In this document: one piece after another, positions 24,340 to 38,742 of the stretch
How the letters are laid out: every line of letters starts with the position of its first letter
How positions within the stretch are numbered: position 1 is the first letter of the stretch
Assembly: GCA_965285935.1 (NCBI GenBank)
Contig: OZ260662.1
Coordinates: 11,594,001-11,658,000 of the forward strand
Source: Ophelia neglecta
Lineage: Eukaryota
DNA length: 64,000 bases
Reading direction: 5' to 3'
The notes under the pieces: generated by a model
Database searches by the model: none
What the model was told of the DNA's origin: nothing
The model's input: the letters and a program-made list of their open reading frames with translations, nothing else
Translations under genes and position numbers: made by a program

Positions 24340-24582
24340 CAGTGGAACCTGTGAATTAAGACCACCCAAGGGACTGGGAAATGCTGGTCTGATGTCAGAG
24401 GTTGTCTGTTTAGAAAGGCTTACATTGAAAGTATACAAAATGGTCGTCATATTAGTGGTCTGAATTTACATCTGGTCTGATTAAAGAGGTGGTATTTAAG
24501 GCAGGTTTCAGTGTATTCACATTGGTATCCTGAATTGACAATTGGTTTTAATAGAGAGGTGGTCTTAAGACAGGCTCCACTG
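24340..24582. mobile_element. Tc1/mariner-pogo-type MITE
   Basis: TA|CAGTGGAACCTG...CAGGCTCCACTG|TA: TIRs with TA TSD. Confidence 0.75.
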
Positions 24583-26882
24583 TACAGTGTAAAGTGTGAG
24601 TTGCTGTTGCATTTAATCACAATACCAATCAAATCCAGGTATATTGTTTTTTTTCTTAAATTGAATTTCGATAGATGCATCTGTTGTATAACAGATATCA
24701 GATGCCTCCTCAGTGACTCCCCAGTGTGAGGTATTCTCGGCGTCTGTCAGAAGTGTCTGCCGAGTCGCTGCGAACTTTGGCATTGACCCCATTCTGGCCA
24801 CCAGAGGAGCCACCCATTTCTGCAAGCTATCTTATCTCCGCTGCAAACAAATCTATTAGACATCATGGCCATCGGCTCTGATCCCGACACAAACACGATA
24901 GAATTTTACATGGGAAAGACTTTTTCGTGGCTGCAAAGTTTTGCAAAAGCTGGGGCTTCTAGCATGTTATTTACAAATTTACAAACTCGCTGGCGACGAC
25001 GAATATTGGACCATTTTTACATATGTATACTAACAAACAAACGAATTCAACTTCTCCAATAAGCTTTGCTTTACATAATATTTTAGATCTAACAGGGATT
25101 GACAATCAATAAATCAATAAATCACATATAACATGATTATTTTTGAGTTTTTGACCAGTTGGTTGGGATGTTATCCCTATTAAACCGTGATAATTTTTAA
25201 TTTTATTTAGGCTAACTCATTTTCGATAGCGAGGTTCATATAGAGAAAAGTAAACCTACGTCAATACTTCATCAGTCAATAGTTCCTTTGGCTTTGATAA
25301 TATTAAATCAAATAACCAATGATAATAATTCAAAGAATTTAGTGGCCACGGGTTTGAAAAAAGAACACAGGGTCAATTTGGTTTTCAATTAAATGTTCTT
25401 CACGTCCATCATACTTTAGATACACAAAAAGATAAATATATAATTTTAAGGTAAACTAGGATTGGGCTTCTCAGGAGTAATGTAGCGAAACAGTCGACAA
25501 TATACAAAATGTTGTAAGTGCAACCTGCAAACCGGGAAATTATCTTCTATTAATGATTTACAATTAATGAAAAGTATTGAAGTTATTGTAATGTAATGAG
25601 TAGGGGAATTCCAGGAGGCGACAGCATCGGGATGTAGTAGCCTAAGAAAAATGTCTTTCAAAAGTGAACAACAGCATAGCCATGATCAAAAACATAAACA
25701 AAAAAATATAAATCAATAGTAACAAGTAGAAACTCCATCCTGAATTCTAAATTCATGATTTATTGTCTTTTTACCTTCCAGCGCTTTTAACATTACCGAA
25801 TTCCAGCCTATACTCTTTAACATTAAGACACTCGCCTAGTGGTAATTTATTATTTATTTATTCATTTTCATTTTGCATTGTGCCGCCGGCTTACCCTTTA
25901 TCTGGTGTATTCTTCCTCTGGCGAAGGGGAAGAGGTCTGTAATAGTTGAGTTAAACTTATGTCTACTTGTGCGGTATATCATTACAAATTTTATTTAATA
26001 GGTTGTTGTGATGTGTGCATGCGAATTCATATTCCATGACTTACTATCAAACAAATACTTTGTACGTTTTTTTTGTTATTTGCAGTACACATTCAGTGTT
26101 ATATTATGGTGGCTCTCACGCTAGCGATTACCTAAATCCTAGTGAGGGACTCCATGACCATAATCATTATTTCAACTTACCATCAGTCATTGTACATGTT
26201 CATTTTGCTATGGTCGAATAAATATATCTGAATCTGTTATAGTTGAGAATTCACAGGGCAAATCACCACATCTACTGTCCTGTCATTCGCCTACACACAA
26301 AAACATAGTTCACAATGTTCAGCGCTAAGTACTTAATATATGTTTTGATGATAGTTATTGGTGTAATTAATGCATTGGGGAAAAAGCCATTGTGACTTAA
26401 CAAGATTAGATTCTTATTTACAAAATAGTTTAACACAAATAGACAATAAAAACAGACGATATGAAACGATTGGTGCCGAATATAGTTTTGGGATACACTC
26501 GAATTAACCATTGAGATCATTTCCAATATAATTCACCCATTCAGGTACACCAGCTTTGAAACTGTTTCCAGGTGAGACTCAGCTTTCAACAGATTGAAAC
26601 AGCTTTTCAAAATGTGGATCAAACGGAATTATCTCACATTGTATTAAGTAGTTTGCATAAACAAGATTAAAAGAAAGTTAAATTTATGGAGCCAGAAGGC
26701 GAGCGTTGCAGGATATATAGATAAAACAGATTTATAGAAAATAATCAATCATATTTTATGCTTAAACGTATAAATATATACCGACATGTTTAACACTGGT
26801 ATGTCATTGAGCATTGAATTCATCTGTTTATAAACAATATTTTAAACTACTGTTTTCGTGTCCTAAAATATGAAATGTCAGA

Positions 26883-29800
26883 CTATATAAAAGAGTCAGG
26901 CCAGTTCTGCCCCTGTCGTCCCCCGGCACAAGGGAAAAAATACAGGAGCTTGGTGAGGCAGCTGTCAGCATGAGACATCTGCTTAAACTCCTGTTGACGG
27001 TGCTCCACTGGGATATCTTCCTCTGCAACTGCTTGATTCACCTTGGTAACAAAATTATCTAAATATTGAACGGAATTATAGGAAGCAAAATGGACACTGC
27101 AAAAAAATGATGTTTTGCCAATGTGTGTCTGAGGGTTCACACAATAAATCATTGTTATGTATTGTTTAAAATTGCCTATAAGTTGCAATTTTTCAAATTA
27201 GGGTTTCTCAATGATAAAAGGAAGTTCCAAATTTAGATGACGAGTGGAATGAATATAATGCAGCAGGGGCAACAAGGAACAGTAAGATTTTTACTTATAG
27301 GCATAAAAACGTACCCAAGTCATCATGTGTTGTATGTCATCCTCTTTTGCATGCATTGCAAATATTCCAACCAGTTTACGGATGAAAATACTCCCATTGT
27401 TGCGAACGTAAGACACGTGCCCTGGAACAAGATTAAATATGATGCTTTTTTCTTGTTTTATATCAATCCAATTAATGATATCTTAGAATATTTGATACCT
27501 TTTGCTACACACATATCGAGCTAGTCCCTTCCAAGAGCGAGTACACAAAACTAGTGTTCTTTTACCGTGCTGCTAATATTTCGTTGCCCTGCAAAGTGTC
27601 AAGCACAAAAGTGTCGTTATTAAAAAGAAGACCCTTTTTTAAATGTATTTTGACGCCTTTCGGGTTGACATCATCATGTCGTTTTACATGGGTTCTAGGC
27701 TTAGGGATGTTCTAGGCTCAGGGATGTGTATGTGTATATATGTGTTACGATATATGCCTTATTTTCTGAAAGTGGCCGCCAGGGGGCATCCCAATGCATA
27801 AAAGCGGGAGTTTATATCAGACAGATAAAGCAAACTCGAAAATAAAGGTTGTAACCAAAAGAAAAATTTGCTCACTTGCAACGTTACATGTTGATAATAC
27901 CTAAATAGTCTTTGTCTTCTGACCGGGGTATTGATTTGCGATCTATAAGACATCTCCCCCTCCCCGTCCCCCCCCCCCCCTCCCGAGGCCTAGTCATGCC
28001 CAATGAGGGACATCTGGGGTAATCAAGACATCCCCCTGACCTTGTCAATACATATTGGTTATAAAATAATACAGTTGATACAAACAAATATGAACCTCTA
28101 CATGTTGATTTTGTTTCTATGTTAGGCAGACTGGTACTCGGATCATTATGAAAATGATCAATAAGGACACATGATAGAGTCCAATATTATGCTTTAAACA
28201 AAAGATATATTTTCTTCTTTGTAAACTTATAAAATAAGTTCTATCAATAATGAACTATCTAGCAAGAACTTTTTCTAACCTACTCCAAATTCCCATAACC
28301 CACAATTAACCATGATAACCAACGAACACCCACAACAAATCACGATAACCTGTGATAAACCAGAATAATCTCGATACACCACGATAAATCACGATAACCC
28401 ACAAATTATGATAACTCACAATAAACCACGATAACTCACGGTTACATATGATAACCAATGGTAACCTACCATAACTCACAATAAACCCCGATAACTCACG
28501 GAAACATGTAATAACCGGTGATAACCTACGATAACTCACAATATATCAATAAAAAACATTAAGGCAATATCTGAACAATAATGTACAACATCATAGAATA
28601 TTAGCAATAATGTACAAAAGCATAAAATAAGTGACAATAACTCAAAATAGTTCACGTAACTGCCAATTGTTGACGATAATTTACGATGACTCACCCTTAT
28701 CCACGATAAACCATGATAGCCAAAATAAACTAAAATAACTGAAAACAATTTACGATAACCCACGATAACTCACAACAATGCATAATAATCCTAACATTAG
28801 TTCAAAATAGACCAACAATAACTCAGAATAAACCACAATGAATCACACTAATCCACCTAAACCCACAACTTCATACAATATCTCATAATACTGAATTGAG
28901 AATTGAATGATAATACTCATTATTATACAAAAACAAGATACATTCTGTAATATATTCCAATAGTAATTATTATCAAATAATGATCCAAGTACTAGTCAGC
29001 CTTATATTCTTGAACCTTTGGATGTGTGAATGAATTAGTCTGGCACTGTGGAAATATTCTGCTAGAATTCAAAGTTGTGTTCTTGTGTGCATTTAAACTA
29101 TGGAAAATATTTTCTAATCACTGTGAGTTTGGACATGAAGTTATTATTGAAAGCCTACATCAGAAATTTATATTATCATTCACCTTCGTGGATATAACAC
29201 ATTGTTTTAAACAGTATGTACCTGGTAAAGCGGGTAAGCATATTATGAAGTCCGACATAATAGGAACTGGGGGTTGCAAAGCGGCGCTTCTGGCGAAACA
29301 CGTGGTGGTATGAGGACCAGCTGGAACTCCATAATCCATGGTGCGCTGAAAGAAAGGAAACCAAATGCAAATCTAGATAGAATTATGTTTCTCTTTGGAT
29401 TGGTATTCCTATATCTGTTTTTCTTTTGAACATAGTGCCAATAAACTGAACGGTGACCATCTTAATTATAAAATGTTTATGTTATCTGGGGTTAGAAAAA
29501 AAACTAAATCTGACAGTTCCAGACACATTGCAATTCGTGAAAAAGTCGATTAAGAAGACCGATATTTGCTCCAAAACATAACCGTCGATTAAAAGCTTGC
29601 ACAAAGTATGGATGCATAAAAAGCAAAGAATAAAAAAGTACATATATTTTCTGACTTCAAGGCTAGGTTTCTCAAAACGTTACGTGCTTTATTCCGAAGG
29701 ACTAATTCTAAAACCTAAGGACTTATAACATGGCAATATTTTCAACTTGGGATTCGAAAAATATACGAAGTACTGTTTTAGTTTCATTGTAATATTTAAG

Positions 29801-32800
29801 TGAACAGTGCAAGTCTACAATAAGAAAGCACTGCATTCCGAATCAAAGCAAGTGTATTTTTTCAACTATTATAAAGGCTTTTTAATATATAAATAGAACC
29901 AACCTACCCCGGCACAGGCCTGCACAATTACCACTTTTGGTTTGTTTTTCATCGCAGGACAGTTTTTGTTGTCTAGATTTTTTAAGAGGTCCGAGAGGAG
30001 GGCCGTCTTGCCGTCGCTGCCAAATATGTAGCCATGGCCACCATGACTTAGCAGACAAATTACAGCGCTCTGGTCCTGGATGTCAAACTTCCTCGAAAAC
30101 TCTCTGACAGCATTCTTTATTTCCTAAAAGATACCGAAGCCATATTAGTATATGAATTAATATCTAGTAATGAAATCATTATTCAACCCAAAACCGCACA
30201 AAGAAACTTTTTAAAATGCTTAAATTCTTACATAGACTTATAAGATTGGTTTCCATGGTTTTTTGTTGCATTTATATAATGTATATTGATAAGTTCACTT
30301 CACGAATGGAAGTAATAAACAATACTTCATAAAGCCGACGTAGCTTCTTTAATATGGTTAATGCAGCTGCCGCTCAGGTTATGGAATATGTGTCAATATT
30401 CTTGCTTTATTCATTGTTCGTTTTTCGTCATTTTGTAATTGCTACATAAACATACCCGAATATCTAGCATTGCTTGCTGATAAGTGTAAAATGGTAATTA
30501 TTTGCCAGGTGAACTGCTTAATTTTGTGAACAAAATTAATCAATAAGAAATAAAGTGTATGACCTCTGTTATTTATATGTCAATCGTACATAATTCTAAT
30601 ATACAAGTATTGTTAGGAACTAGCTTTATACCTATTCGTTATTACCTTACCATGTAATTCATCCAGTAGCCGCCCATTGTGTTTTTAGACTTACCTGAGC
30701 TGTGAGTTGATAACGATCGTTACAGAATGGCACCATCACTTCATACCCCATTTGTGACCATAGTTCTGACAACATCTGGCTATCTTGGACGTACCCTTGC
30801 AACGATTCTAAATTTTCTACCAGAAATTCGGACACATATATAATACACGCTTTGCCTTTCTTGGCTTTGCTCATTGGGAAGATCTGAAATATATTTAAGA
30901 CGAAGGAGGTACAGTGATAATTTTATCACAGTAAAGGACACATCATTACATAAACAGGGAAGGGGGGGGGGGATACGGGTGGCTCTAGATGATTTATTGA
31001 AAACACAAATATTCTCTCGGCCACATTCGCAGAGAAAAATATAAAATTCCCAATTTTTAAACAAAAATACAAATGTGGGAAACTTTTGCATGTTTTTATG
31101 ACAAAATGTGGAGAAAGGAACCTCCACGTCCCCAAGTTAATTACAGATATGAATATTTCCTATAATATATGAAGAAATTAACTATAAATATTCAACGATT
31201 CTGAACGGATTAATATTTTCTAAATTTTACATGAATTTTCAGAAAATTGGTTGACTATTACTTCGAAAACAGTAGTCTTTCGTTTTTGTGCATGCGATCT
31301 TATAGCAGTAACAGCACTTAGTGCAAGTGAGCTAATAATAAGATTCTACTTAGTCTGTGAACTACTGCCTAACACAGATGTGAGAAGTATGTGGATATAA
31401 CGGAAACAAGGCGTACATGAAGTTTTACTATATTCATCAAAAAGGAATATCGGCTTGGATTTTTTCTGGCTAAGTGCCACTTCCAGTAACCGACATCTGA
31501 TTGTGAAGAATACTGCAGCAACAGACACTGGCAAACACTATTCATGCAACACTGCAACTCTGGCATTTAAAGCACAACTATTCCTCACTATTTATATTAA
31601 AAGTGATAATTTCCTCCCATGAAAGAAATAGAGTCATGTGTGAAGAGTATTACCTTGCAGTTCTTTATTTTGCTCAATGTTCTGAGAAAGAAATTTATTA
31701 TTTATTGTGTCAGAGAGAGTATAAAATTATATCATTATATAATATTGCGGTATGTCGCAAAATTAATAATATGAGGTAATACCGCCTGTTTACCTTCCGT
31801 GTGGACAGCAAACGCAGTTTACTGCGAACAAATTCCTCAGTGGCAGGCTTGACTTTGACCACGTTTGAAAATCCCGTTTGCGGAATTTTCCAATGAATCT
31901 CTCTTGGCTGTCGGTTAACAGTCTGAAAGGCATTGTCAGCGTCCGCTGCTGCAGGTATAATTATACGTTTCAATAATTAATGCGAGCAATTATGGAGAAA
32001 ATTATATTATAGAACTGGGCCTAAAACGATACAATTGTGTAGGTGCAGATGCTTGTATTCCTGTGTTACAATGAGATGGTTCAAGCATCACGGCCTGGCT
32101 ATTGAAAAGAATTACTGGGTTGGGTATATGAAGTGAACATTAACTTAGGTATAGTTGTTTCAGAATCAGCCGCAATTTTAGTTGTTTCTAATATAGGATA
32201 AATAAACTCTATTTGATCTCTAAAACAGGAGGTGGCGAGAACAGAAAAGTCAATGCAATGTGTATGTTATTTAACAAGTATGGATTGCGTTCACTGACAA
32301 ATCAATAATTTGAATATTGACAATTAATAAATTACACGAGTCTCACCTGGAGCACCATTTGAACCAAGGCAGCCAGTAGCGCCAGATAAACGTTTCCGAA
32401 GAAAACCTTTTACATTCGGATCGTTGTTATCGAGTGCCATATAATACTCCAGCACAGATAGTTCTGCCTCATTGACGATAGAAAAATCCCATTTGATGTC
32501 ACCGTATTTGAGTATCTCTAAAGTCTGTTTTGCGGCAAATTTCTCACATACATAATGTGGAATTGTATATCCCCTTCCATCCTGTACATGCGATTTGAAC
32601 CCCTTTATACGCAAAATTCCCATCAAAACCTCTAGTTTCCCTTGTTCAGCCGCTAAATGGCCCAATGTCATCCCATCCCTCAGCGGTGTGTTAATATCAA
32701 ATGATGCCTGTGAACTAATGTTGATAATGAAATCATTGTATATATTAATAGGTTCATCACGTTTGCTGTTCTCCAGCAGACTAAGTAGAACCTTTCCGGT

Positions 32801-34162
32801 AAATTCCGAGGACACGGGTGATTCTGTACATATCATTGTTATTGTTGTGAAGAGAATGGTTTGGCCAATGTGCCCATTCCCCAAATTTTTCAGACACTGA
32901 CTCAGTTCAGTATACAATTCTTCATTTATACTTGCCTCGCTAGATTTCTCGGCATTAAAAAAATCAGCTACCTTCTCCAAACCGACCTGCTGATAATAAT
33001 AGTATAACATCGTTTTCCCCCAAGTATCTTTCATGTCTCTATCATATCCAGGGGTATTCATTAACTTTGATACAATACCCCATTTTCCATGAAGGGCAGC
33101 TATGTGCCCTAGCGTCTTTCCGCTTTTCAACGGACGGTGGATACTGAATCTTCGGTTTGAGGCCAAATCTAACACAATCTTGGTGTTAAGCTCTAGCAGG
33201 TCAGTCGGTACCTCTTTCTGTGCCAGCTTTAATACTGCTCTGTCTACCATTTCGGCTGTGGCTGATGGATGCTTGCACATTAATCTTATAATCTTCATAC
33301 CAGCTTCCACTGATTCTGGTCTCATGTGGCCTATGCAAAGATCTAGCGCAGTTCGTGCTTTGTTATCTAGTACAGAGACATCCAAATTAGTGTTTTCAAG
33401 TAAGATTTCTGCCATGGCCAAGTAGGATTCATCGACGCTGGCATTATCAGCCAGCAGCAACAAGAGTGGGGTGTCCCCAAAGCGGTTCTTGATGTTGACA
33501 TCCACGTTGGGGCTGCCCAAGAGTGTTTTTGTGACCTGTGGGAGGCGTTGTACAGCAACGGCGTGGTGGAGACTCGAACAGCCACATTTGGCACCCACCT
33601 CGTTCAAAGATTCGGGTGTCTCTGTGATGAGTGCTATTGCCACCAGTGGCATAAGTCGATTATCAGCTTTATTGTGATCTACTAGGCAATGGCCAAAAGC
33701 GTCAATCTGTGTACTACGGCATTGAGCAAGAAACTGGAACATTGATAGTACAAAACCAGGCGGTATAGTGGCCACTGCAACATCTGCTCTAACAAACCAT
33801 GCTGCAAGTAAATCAAAACTAAACATAGCTAAATCTTCATAACCCATTCCCTTCTGGCTGAGTGCTTTCATCATGCCTTGGAGGGCTGCTGAGACTCCCC
33901 CTGGACCCCGGGTCAGTCCGGCTACTACTCGTAACACGTCATCGTGGAAAAGATACTCTCGCAGCTCCACGGTGATATGGCTTGATTTTAGGGTTTCAGT
34001 GAGTAGTGTTTCCACGATATCGGACACCTTCTCTCCAACAATGAACACTCCCTTATCTAACTGTCTGGCAAGGTCTGTCATCTTTGTCTTGACGGCTGAT
34101 AGTCGAACCAAAGTCGACGTCTCGGGGTACACCAATCCAACTTGATTCTCTACCCTTGCCAT
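26883..34162 (-). CDS. Ankyrin-repeat-prodomain caspase (peptidase C14A), ~921 aa, 7 coding exons
   Basis: Exons 34162(acceptor 34183)-32347, 31948-31794, 30883-30695, 30123-29908, 29345-29222, 27421-27315 and 27041-26883; all GT-AG with compatible phases. Ankyrin motifs: SSLHHAV, GDTPLLLL, TLGHIAA, TLGHLAA. Caspase p20: FPMSKAKKGKACII...CLLSHG...KPKVVIVQACAG. p10: PIMSDFII...GSIFIRKL...VNQAV...KQM...LTKLLYFFP. An upstream exon may extend the N-terminus. Confidence 0.88.
28290..28870 (+). repeat. Degenerate ~10-bp-period tandem repeat (CACGATAA[C/A]-type) in a caspase intron
   Basis: Recurrent acgataactc/acgataaacc/acaataaacc units. Confidence 0.8.
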
Positions 34163-34637
34163 TAGTTCGTTTGTGTCCAATGCCTAGCAAACATAAAATA
34201 TTACTGTACACGTTAACACTGTCAGGTTGTGATAACATTTACAAATCCAACGACATTAAAGGTTTAACGTTATGTTAATTTGGTACTTATTTACTTATCA
34301 GATTAGATAATAGTTTTCTCCCAACCACAACTTTTTGCGGCAGAACGCGTAAAACAACATGCAGCATAAGGAGAAGAAACTTAGTCACATCCTAGAATTC
34401 CCTTCAATTTCTTTTTCAAAGCTTATATTTTAGTGAAAACTACTGCACAGTGGTACATTTTGACTATAATATATGCCACACGTTGGTCACAGACATGCTA
34501 GGAAACCTAGGACAGACAGGGGTCCCGTCCTCCCCAGGCAGACAAAGTGATTAACTCTGACGTCACATGGGAAAACATGTCCCTTTTCTAAGCGCCCTGT
34601 TAAAATTTTATTTGTACCATTTTATTAGTAAAATTTA

Positions 34638-34805
34638 TTGTTTGGTTGGTTGTTTGGGGTTTTACGTGGCTTTCAACACTTATCGGTCATATCGCCACAG
34701 AGCCTACTTGTGACAGTGAGCTCAATGCCCTCTTTAGAGTGCTGCCTCACTGGAGTACCTGCCATAGACACCAGACAGGAAACCCCGCTCAGTCACACTA
34801 TAGTG
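34638..34805 (-). mobile_element. 5'-truncated copy of the same SINE
   Basis: High similarity to 23116-23275 (TTTGGGGTTTTACGTGGCT...CAGTCACA). Confidence 0.85.
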
Positions 34806-35537
34806 ACAGTATACTTTAATTAAATGTTCCTCGAATGTTTGCGTTAAAATATTAAACGATCACTTGAAAAATCTATTTCTTTAGGGAAGTGAATTAAATA
34901 ACATTCTCACTTGTCTTAATTTATTTACATGATCAAACGGACATGGTGGCTAGCTATACTGTATGTGCTACGGCCTGGAAAAAGGAAAACTCGCCAGACT
35001 GCGTACTCAACGGCCACAGCAGGTACCGCACGGCACGGTCAGTATGACGTCATGATACATGAGTTCTAAAATTTATTATTTGCTACGGGTGCGTTTGCCG
35101 CGATCGTATACCTGGTCCATCTAATATAGGTAAAAGTAACAACACAACTGGGAACATGATGTGGCTTTTATTATCTATTATTATACCAAGTTCAGTGGTT
35201 ATAATAATATTTAAACAAACAAAGAGTTATGTTATGTGACAGTTGCTATATAAAGGCATTGGTAAAGTAAATAAATATACAAAGTATACAGAACACGTGC
35301 TGGTCGGAGGAGCATTTGAAGTAGTAAGCAAATAGTGGAAAATGGTATGTCCTTCAATCTGAAGGTTGTCATAAGTGGTATATAAGGCAAACAAAATATT
35401 CCCTTGAGAAAAGCCTGACATGACATCGGCATTGAATAAAAAAGGGCCCGTACTATAGAACTATGGCGGTCTCAGAACATATCTTGTGCGGCGCATTAAG
35501 ATATAAAATCAAAGATATTACTGTTTTGATTAAAATA

Positions 35538-35715
35538 CAGTGAAACCTGCCTTAGGGACCTCCTCTATATTCAGACCACCTGCCAAATCAGACCAATAAA
35601 ATGAAGACCATACTGCACATTTTCAATATAAAATAACCTGTTAAAAGATACCACCTCTATAGTCAGACCAGTATTTCCCAGACCCTTAGGTGGTCTCAAT
35701 TCACAGGTTTTACTG
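35538..35715. mobile_element. Tc1/mariner-pogo-type MITE (same family as 24340)
   Basis: TA|CAGTGAAACCTG...CAGGTTTTACTG|TA; internal AGACCACC motifs shared with the 24340 copy. Confidence 0.75.
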
Positions 35716-37554
35716 TATATGCAATTCAGAGAAAACTGCCATTGATTCTAAGGAAATGTATTTCATCAAGATTTGAACCTGTCATAACGCAGGTAAGCAC
35801 TCGGCAAGGCACACGTAGATTATGTCAAGATGCAGTCTTATCTGTAAATGTTTGAAACCAACCCAGCGTATAACGGCTTTATCAACGAGCCAGAACGGGC
35901 GATAAACAAGGACCAGGAAATCGCCAAATGTATAATCTCCCACTCTTTGTATGAATTGAAATATCAGCCAATTAATAATTGTCTTTGTCATCGATTATAC
36001 TATATAACAGTATGACATCAAGTGTATGCATGTATGTATACATGACTGGCCAGGGCATGTTTCAACTATAAGGCTGAAGTAAATGGCATGCATGTACTTA
36101 ATTGTGTGATAACCTTCTCCAGCCGATGTTATTACTATTAAAATACTTGCTACAGTATAGAAACACTGAAAGACTATAATGTGGCAATCATTATGCAACC
36201 CTTTTTCTGAAGAGGCAAGAGTACTGTCGAAACTAGTAAAGAAACCATAATGATATAAAGTGTCACAACTTCTTTTGTACTATAACCCCACTGCATATGA
36301 AGGCATAGATTTATATATTATAGTAGTTTAAGCTGACTATATACTTTCGAATACTTGCGTCATAGTTATGGGTCCGAAAATGATATGAAACACCGATTAA
36401 ATACAATTTACCTGTCAACTATGTGTTTCGTCCTGCCACGTTCAAACATAGTGTGTTCGTTTCAGCCGTATCGCTTTCTGGGAAAACCTTGTTTACGCAT
36501 AATATTATGGTGGTTAGGGACACGTGACAGTATAACCAGGCTACTGATTGGCTCAATCTTTAACGCTCGGAATCCGACTTTCTCATTGGTTACCGTCAAT
36601 ACTATCTATATGTGTTACTATCGTACAGTACTATCATATATACAACTTCAATATATATCTACATAGGCCTATGGCCTAGTGGTGACACAATAAAGTTTTA
36701 TAATATTTGTGAGTTTATTCAAATCCTTTTATTTACATATAGACAATAAGTTTTCATGTTCATTACAACAAATTTGCAAATATAACATTGACTACTTGCA
36801 GTTATTCGGTATCCAACAAACACACAACAAATCATGCATATAATTACTTATTCATCATAGCGTATATTACATTTCAAGTAAGCCACTTAAATAATTATTT
36901 TGAGATCATTTGCAGACTAGAATACATATTTACAAAAAGTTCTAATTTACAATTACTAATTATCCATTTAATCATGCAGGCATGAAAAGATATGTCTCAT
37001 ATTTCAGAATAAAACAACGATGCAAGGAAATGTGAGCGAAAAGAAAATATATCACGTTATTCATTACGTATTAAATAAGTAGTGAAATATTCCCACAGAC
37101 TACCTTGGCAGACCCGTACATTCAGATCTTTGTTTATATAATAAAGTAGTTTCTATTGGCGGATTTGGAGGTGAAGCATTAGGTCCTGATCACTTCTCTG
37201 GCTCTGTGTGTGTGTACCATGCCAGAAAATAGTGGGATCTAACCCCCGGACAACTCTATTGGATGAAACGCCATGCCACGCCTTCTAAATGAATGCTGAC
37301 ATATTTTTTCTCTTCGAAAACCTAATTTTCCAACAATGTGCTCGGGCGAGAGGCCGGAGTTTGTTTCCTGGCAACATCCTAGCGGGCATATTTCTGACAG
37401 GGGTCGCTGAAGTGTTTTTGATTGTATAAAGTTTAGCGCACAGGTACTCGTAACGTGGGAGGGGGGGGGGTTGCTGTCACAGAACCCCCCCCCCCCACGC
37501 ACACACACACAGACATAGTAGCGAGTACCTGTGGCTTGGCGACCGTATTTCTGC

Positions 37555-37770
37555 CATACACAGGGGGCCGAAGTGTGCTTGTCTGTTAACAGCCAAGCCG
37601 GAACATTTCTCCCCTACACAGAGCGAAAGTGTGCTTAATTTGTTAACAGCCTAGCGTGCAAATGAGGATCCTCGCCTTGCACAGGATGCCGAAATGTTTT
37701 GTTTGTTTACAGCTTGGCGGGCACGTTTCTCGTCAGTACACAGAGGGCCCAATATGGATGTATTTCAACA
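37555..37770 (+). repeat. Diverged ~60-bp minisatellite (about 4 units)
   Basis: Recurrent ACACAG...CCGAA(A)GTGTGCTT...TGTTAACAGCC units. Confidence 0.6.
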
Positions 37771-38742
37771 GCCAAATTACTGAGGGAGTCCATGTCTGAT
37801 TTTCTGTGAACCTGTTAACATCCTTACGAGCACATTATATAATAACAGATTCTAACGTCGGAAACAATCTTTAAGACATCCTTGACCTGCTTTCAAGGTC
37901 AGGGCTTCTTGGCCATAGTTTCATGTGCCCACGTGTTGGCACTCACTGGCCCCGGCTCACTGGTATATCTGCGGTCAATACGATAATCAATGGCTTTACA
38001 CTACGCAAACTTGTTTGATAAATATAATTTGCCTCCTAAGCAAAAGCTTGCAATCTTTGCACTCACATAAGCCAATCACATTGACACATTAAGGCATATA
38101 GATTGTTAATAATCAATTTACTATAGATGTAGGCTTGTAAATAAAACATTATCTCGCACTACTTAGTGCAAGTGGAGCCATCATGTGTCTTATGCCACAT
38201 TATTGTCTGCAACGCCAGTAGTACCGAGTAGAAGCGGACGGATAGTGATATAAACTACTTTAATATCCACTTCTGATCAAAACTCTTGGCAATGATCATC
38301 TCCGCTAAATATTGTGTCCCTTCATTGTGTGAGTTCACATTCGTCTGATGCCTTCACCATCTTTATCAATAAATACATTGACTAACAAGTAACAAAAATC
38401 TCTGGTTGCTACTAGTAGTAACAAACTGCATACACCAAATTGAATTAACTATTTCAAATGGTCTACAACATAATTCTTATTATGGTCCCCTTTTGCTTTT
38501 TCCTTTGTACAGTGTGTTGTAATGGCAAACGTGATAGCTAATTTCGGTAGGAAATTTAAATATTTTGCCATTTTCAATCAGAACATACGACTTTTTTCTC
38601 ACAAACTATTAGTTGCATATGATACGGCATGTCAAGAGAGCAATAATATTTTTCCTCAAATGCTTCTACAAGCAGTGTCCTCTATCGAATCACCTTTGGC
38701 ATTGCATACTACTTCATTTACTACTATGCCAGTTTCCCGATG

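Noticed and set aside
24709-24843. Exon-like GC-richer segment downstream of the caspase stop
   Set aside because: No matching upstream donor or recognisable product; cannot be assigned.
26272-26526. ORF starting MEMISMVNSSVS, superficially like a caspase p10 helix
   Set aside because: The true p10 exons are at 27421-27315 and 27041-26883; this stretch has no other motifs or suitable splice sites.
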